A stretch of 64,000 bases of DNA from positions 186,310,001 through 186,374,000 of the forward strand of contig OZ024741.1 of assembly GCA_964016885.1 (NCBI GenBank), read 5' to 3'. A program made the translations under genes and the position numbers. The DNA comes from Eledone cirrhosa (lineage: Eukaryota). The notes below the pieces were generated by a model that did not search any database, was not told the origin of the DNA, and saw only the letters and a list, made by a program, of their open reading frames with translations. Below, in pieces: positions 63,075-64,000 of the stretch (position 1 is its first letter; each line of letters starts with the position of its first letter).

Positions 63075-63217
63075 CCGTATTTCCCGGCGCCAAAGATGCT
63101 TCGCCCTCGAGGATGCATCATAATTTTGACAACCAAAAATTTGAAAAAAAATAATAAACATCCTTCGGCTTCCAGGATGCATGGTAGATTTTTTAGACTT
63201 ATTTTAGGGAAATACGG
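63075..63217. mobile_element. pogo/Tc2-type MITE, second copy
   Basis: ta|ccgtatttccc ... gggaaatacgg|ta. Confidence 0.85.
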
Positions 63218-63559
63218 TAGGTTCTAACTATGAGTTTATGGTTAGGTTTGATTTGCGGTGTTGACTGTCTTATGATTTTTAATGCCATACTTATCCATTC
63301 GGTAACGTATTGCACTTGAATCTTGTAATATACGAATTGTGGTTTGTGAATTTTTACTGGTTACAGCATCCGTTGTATAAGTAAAAATGAAATTTGTCTA
63401 TGGCCTGTTCTACTAATTAATATATTAGAATATTTATTATTAACACATATCTATATTGCACGTAATATTCCCTTTTTCAAAACTTCTTTAGTGTACAAAC
63501 ATTTTTAATCTTTTATACGGACCTAATTGTCAACATATATTCTATATTTTTGAGGACAC

Positions 63560-63960
63560 TCATGTCCTACATATATACATATAGACGTGTTATTTGTTAT
63601 GTTTGTTTGTTTTATATATTGAGTTACCATATGAGTTTTTCCTTATTCCTACATTTATGCTAAAGAATTGAATGGTATTATTGACTGTATTTATGCTGGT
63701 ACTATGATGCATTTTAAATTTTAAGGTTAAAATTGTTTTCGAAATCTTTCTGTCTATCCCCTTGCTCATCACTATTGGTCATAATAAGTATGTCATTAAC
63801 ATACCTGTAAGAAATAATGTTATGATTAGGAGCGACCTTATTTTCCACCTTATCTATAAAGAATGCCTCGAAGGAGTGCTAAAGAGGAGAACCCATTCCT
63901 AGAAAAGAATTCTCAGTGAGTATACCAACAAGAAATTCTAAAGGATATATGTTTGTATAA
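63560..63960 (-). pseudogene. Decayed Penelope-like RT fragment
   Basis: GMGSPL*HSFEAFFIDKVENK..SYRYVNDILI..NNTIQFFSINV..NSIYK. Confidence 0.7.
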
Positions 63961-64000
63961 TGGGTGTGTTATTATATCATCTCTATATACGTTGTCAAAC

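Noticed and set aside
63800-63820. Minus-strand tttcttacag|gtatgt as a recursive splice site
   Set aside because: It is the YRYV(N)D motif region of a decayed Penelope RT.

Overview
This is AT-rich, microsatellite-dense animal DNA, most likely octopus/cephalopod intronic or intergenic sequence; that assignment rests on my recollection of the SINE family and is not verified. No host protein-coding gene can be supported, apart from one candidate 66-bp exon. Most ORF-track entries are microsatellite artefacts. The window holds mostly decayed transposons: two Tx1/L1-type LINEs (one full length), a Penelope-like element (PLE; RT + GIY-YIG) with an inverted pseudo-LTR, a pogo/Tc2-type transposon, mariner and Tc1 relics, Helitron relics, RTE, R4 and CR1 fragments, MITEs and more than 10 tRNA-derived SINEs. 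The main signal not visible in the ORF track is RNA-level. At least 15 type-I hammerhead ribozyme (HHR) motifs from about 8 unrelated families could be folded by eye. Four lie in a near-identical, non-coding 466-468 bp tandem and inverted array (3641-5708) that looks like a young retrozyme, a possible circular-RNA-producing parasite of PLEs. Nearly all HHR elements share one insertion architecture: two arms with 3' ends pointing outward into (TA)n, ending at two family-specific, nucleotide-precise positions 55-110 bp apart. All RNA folds are manual and untested.
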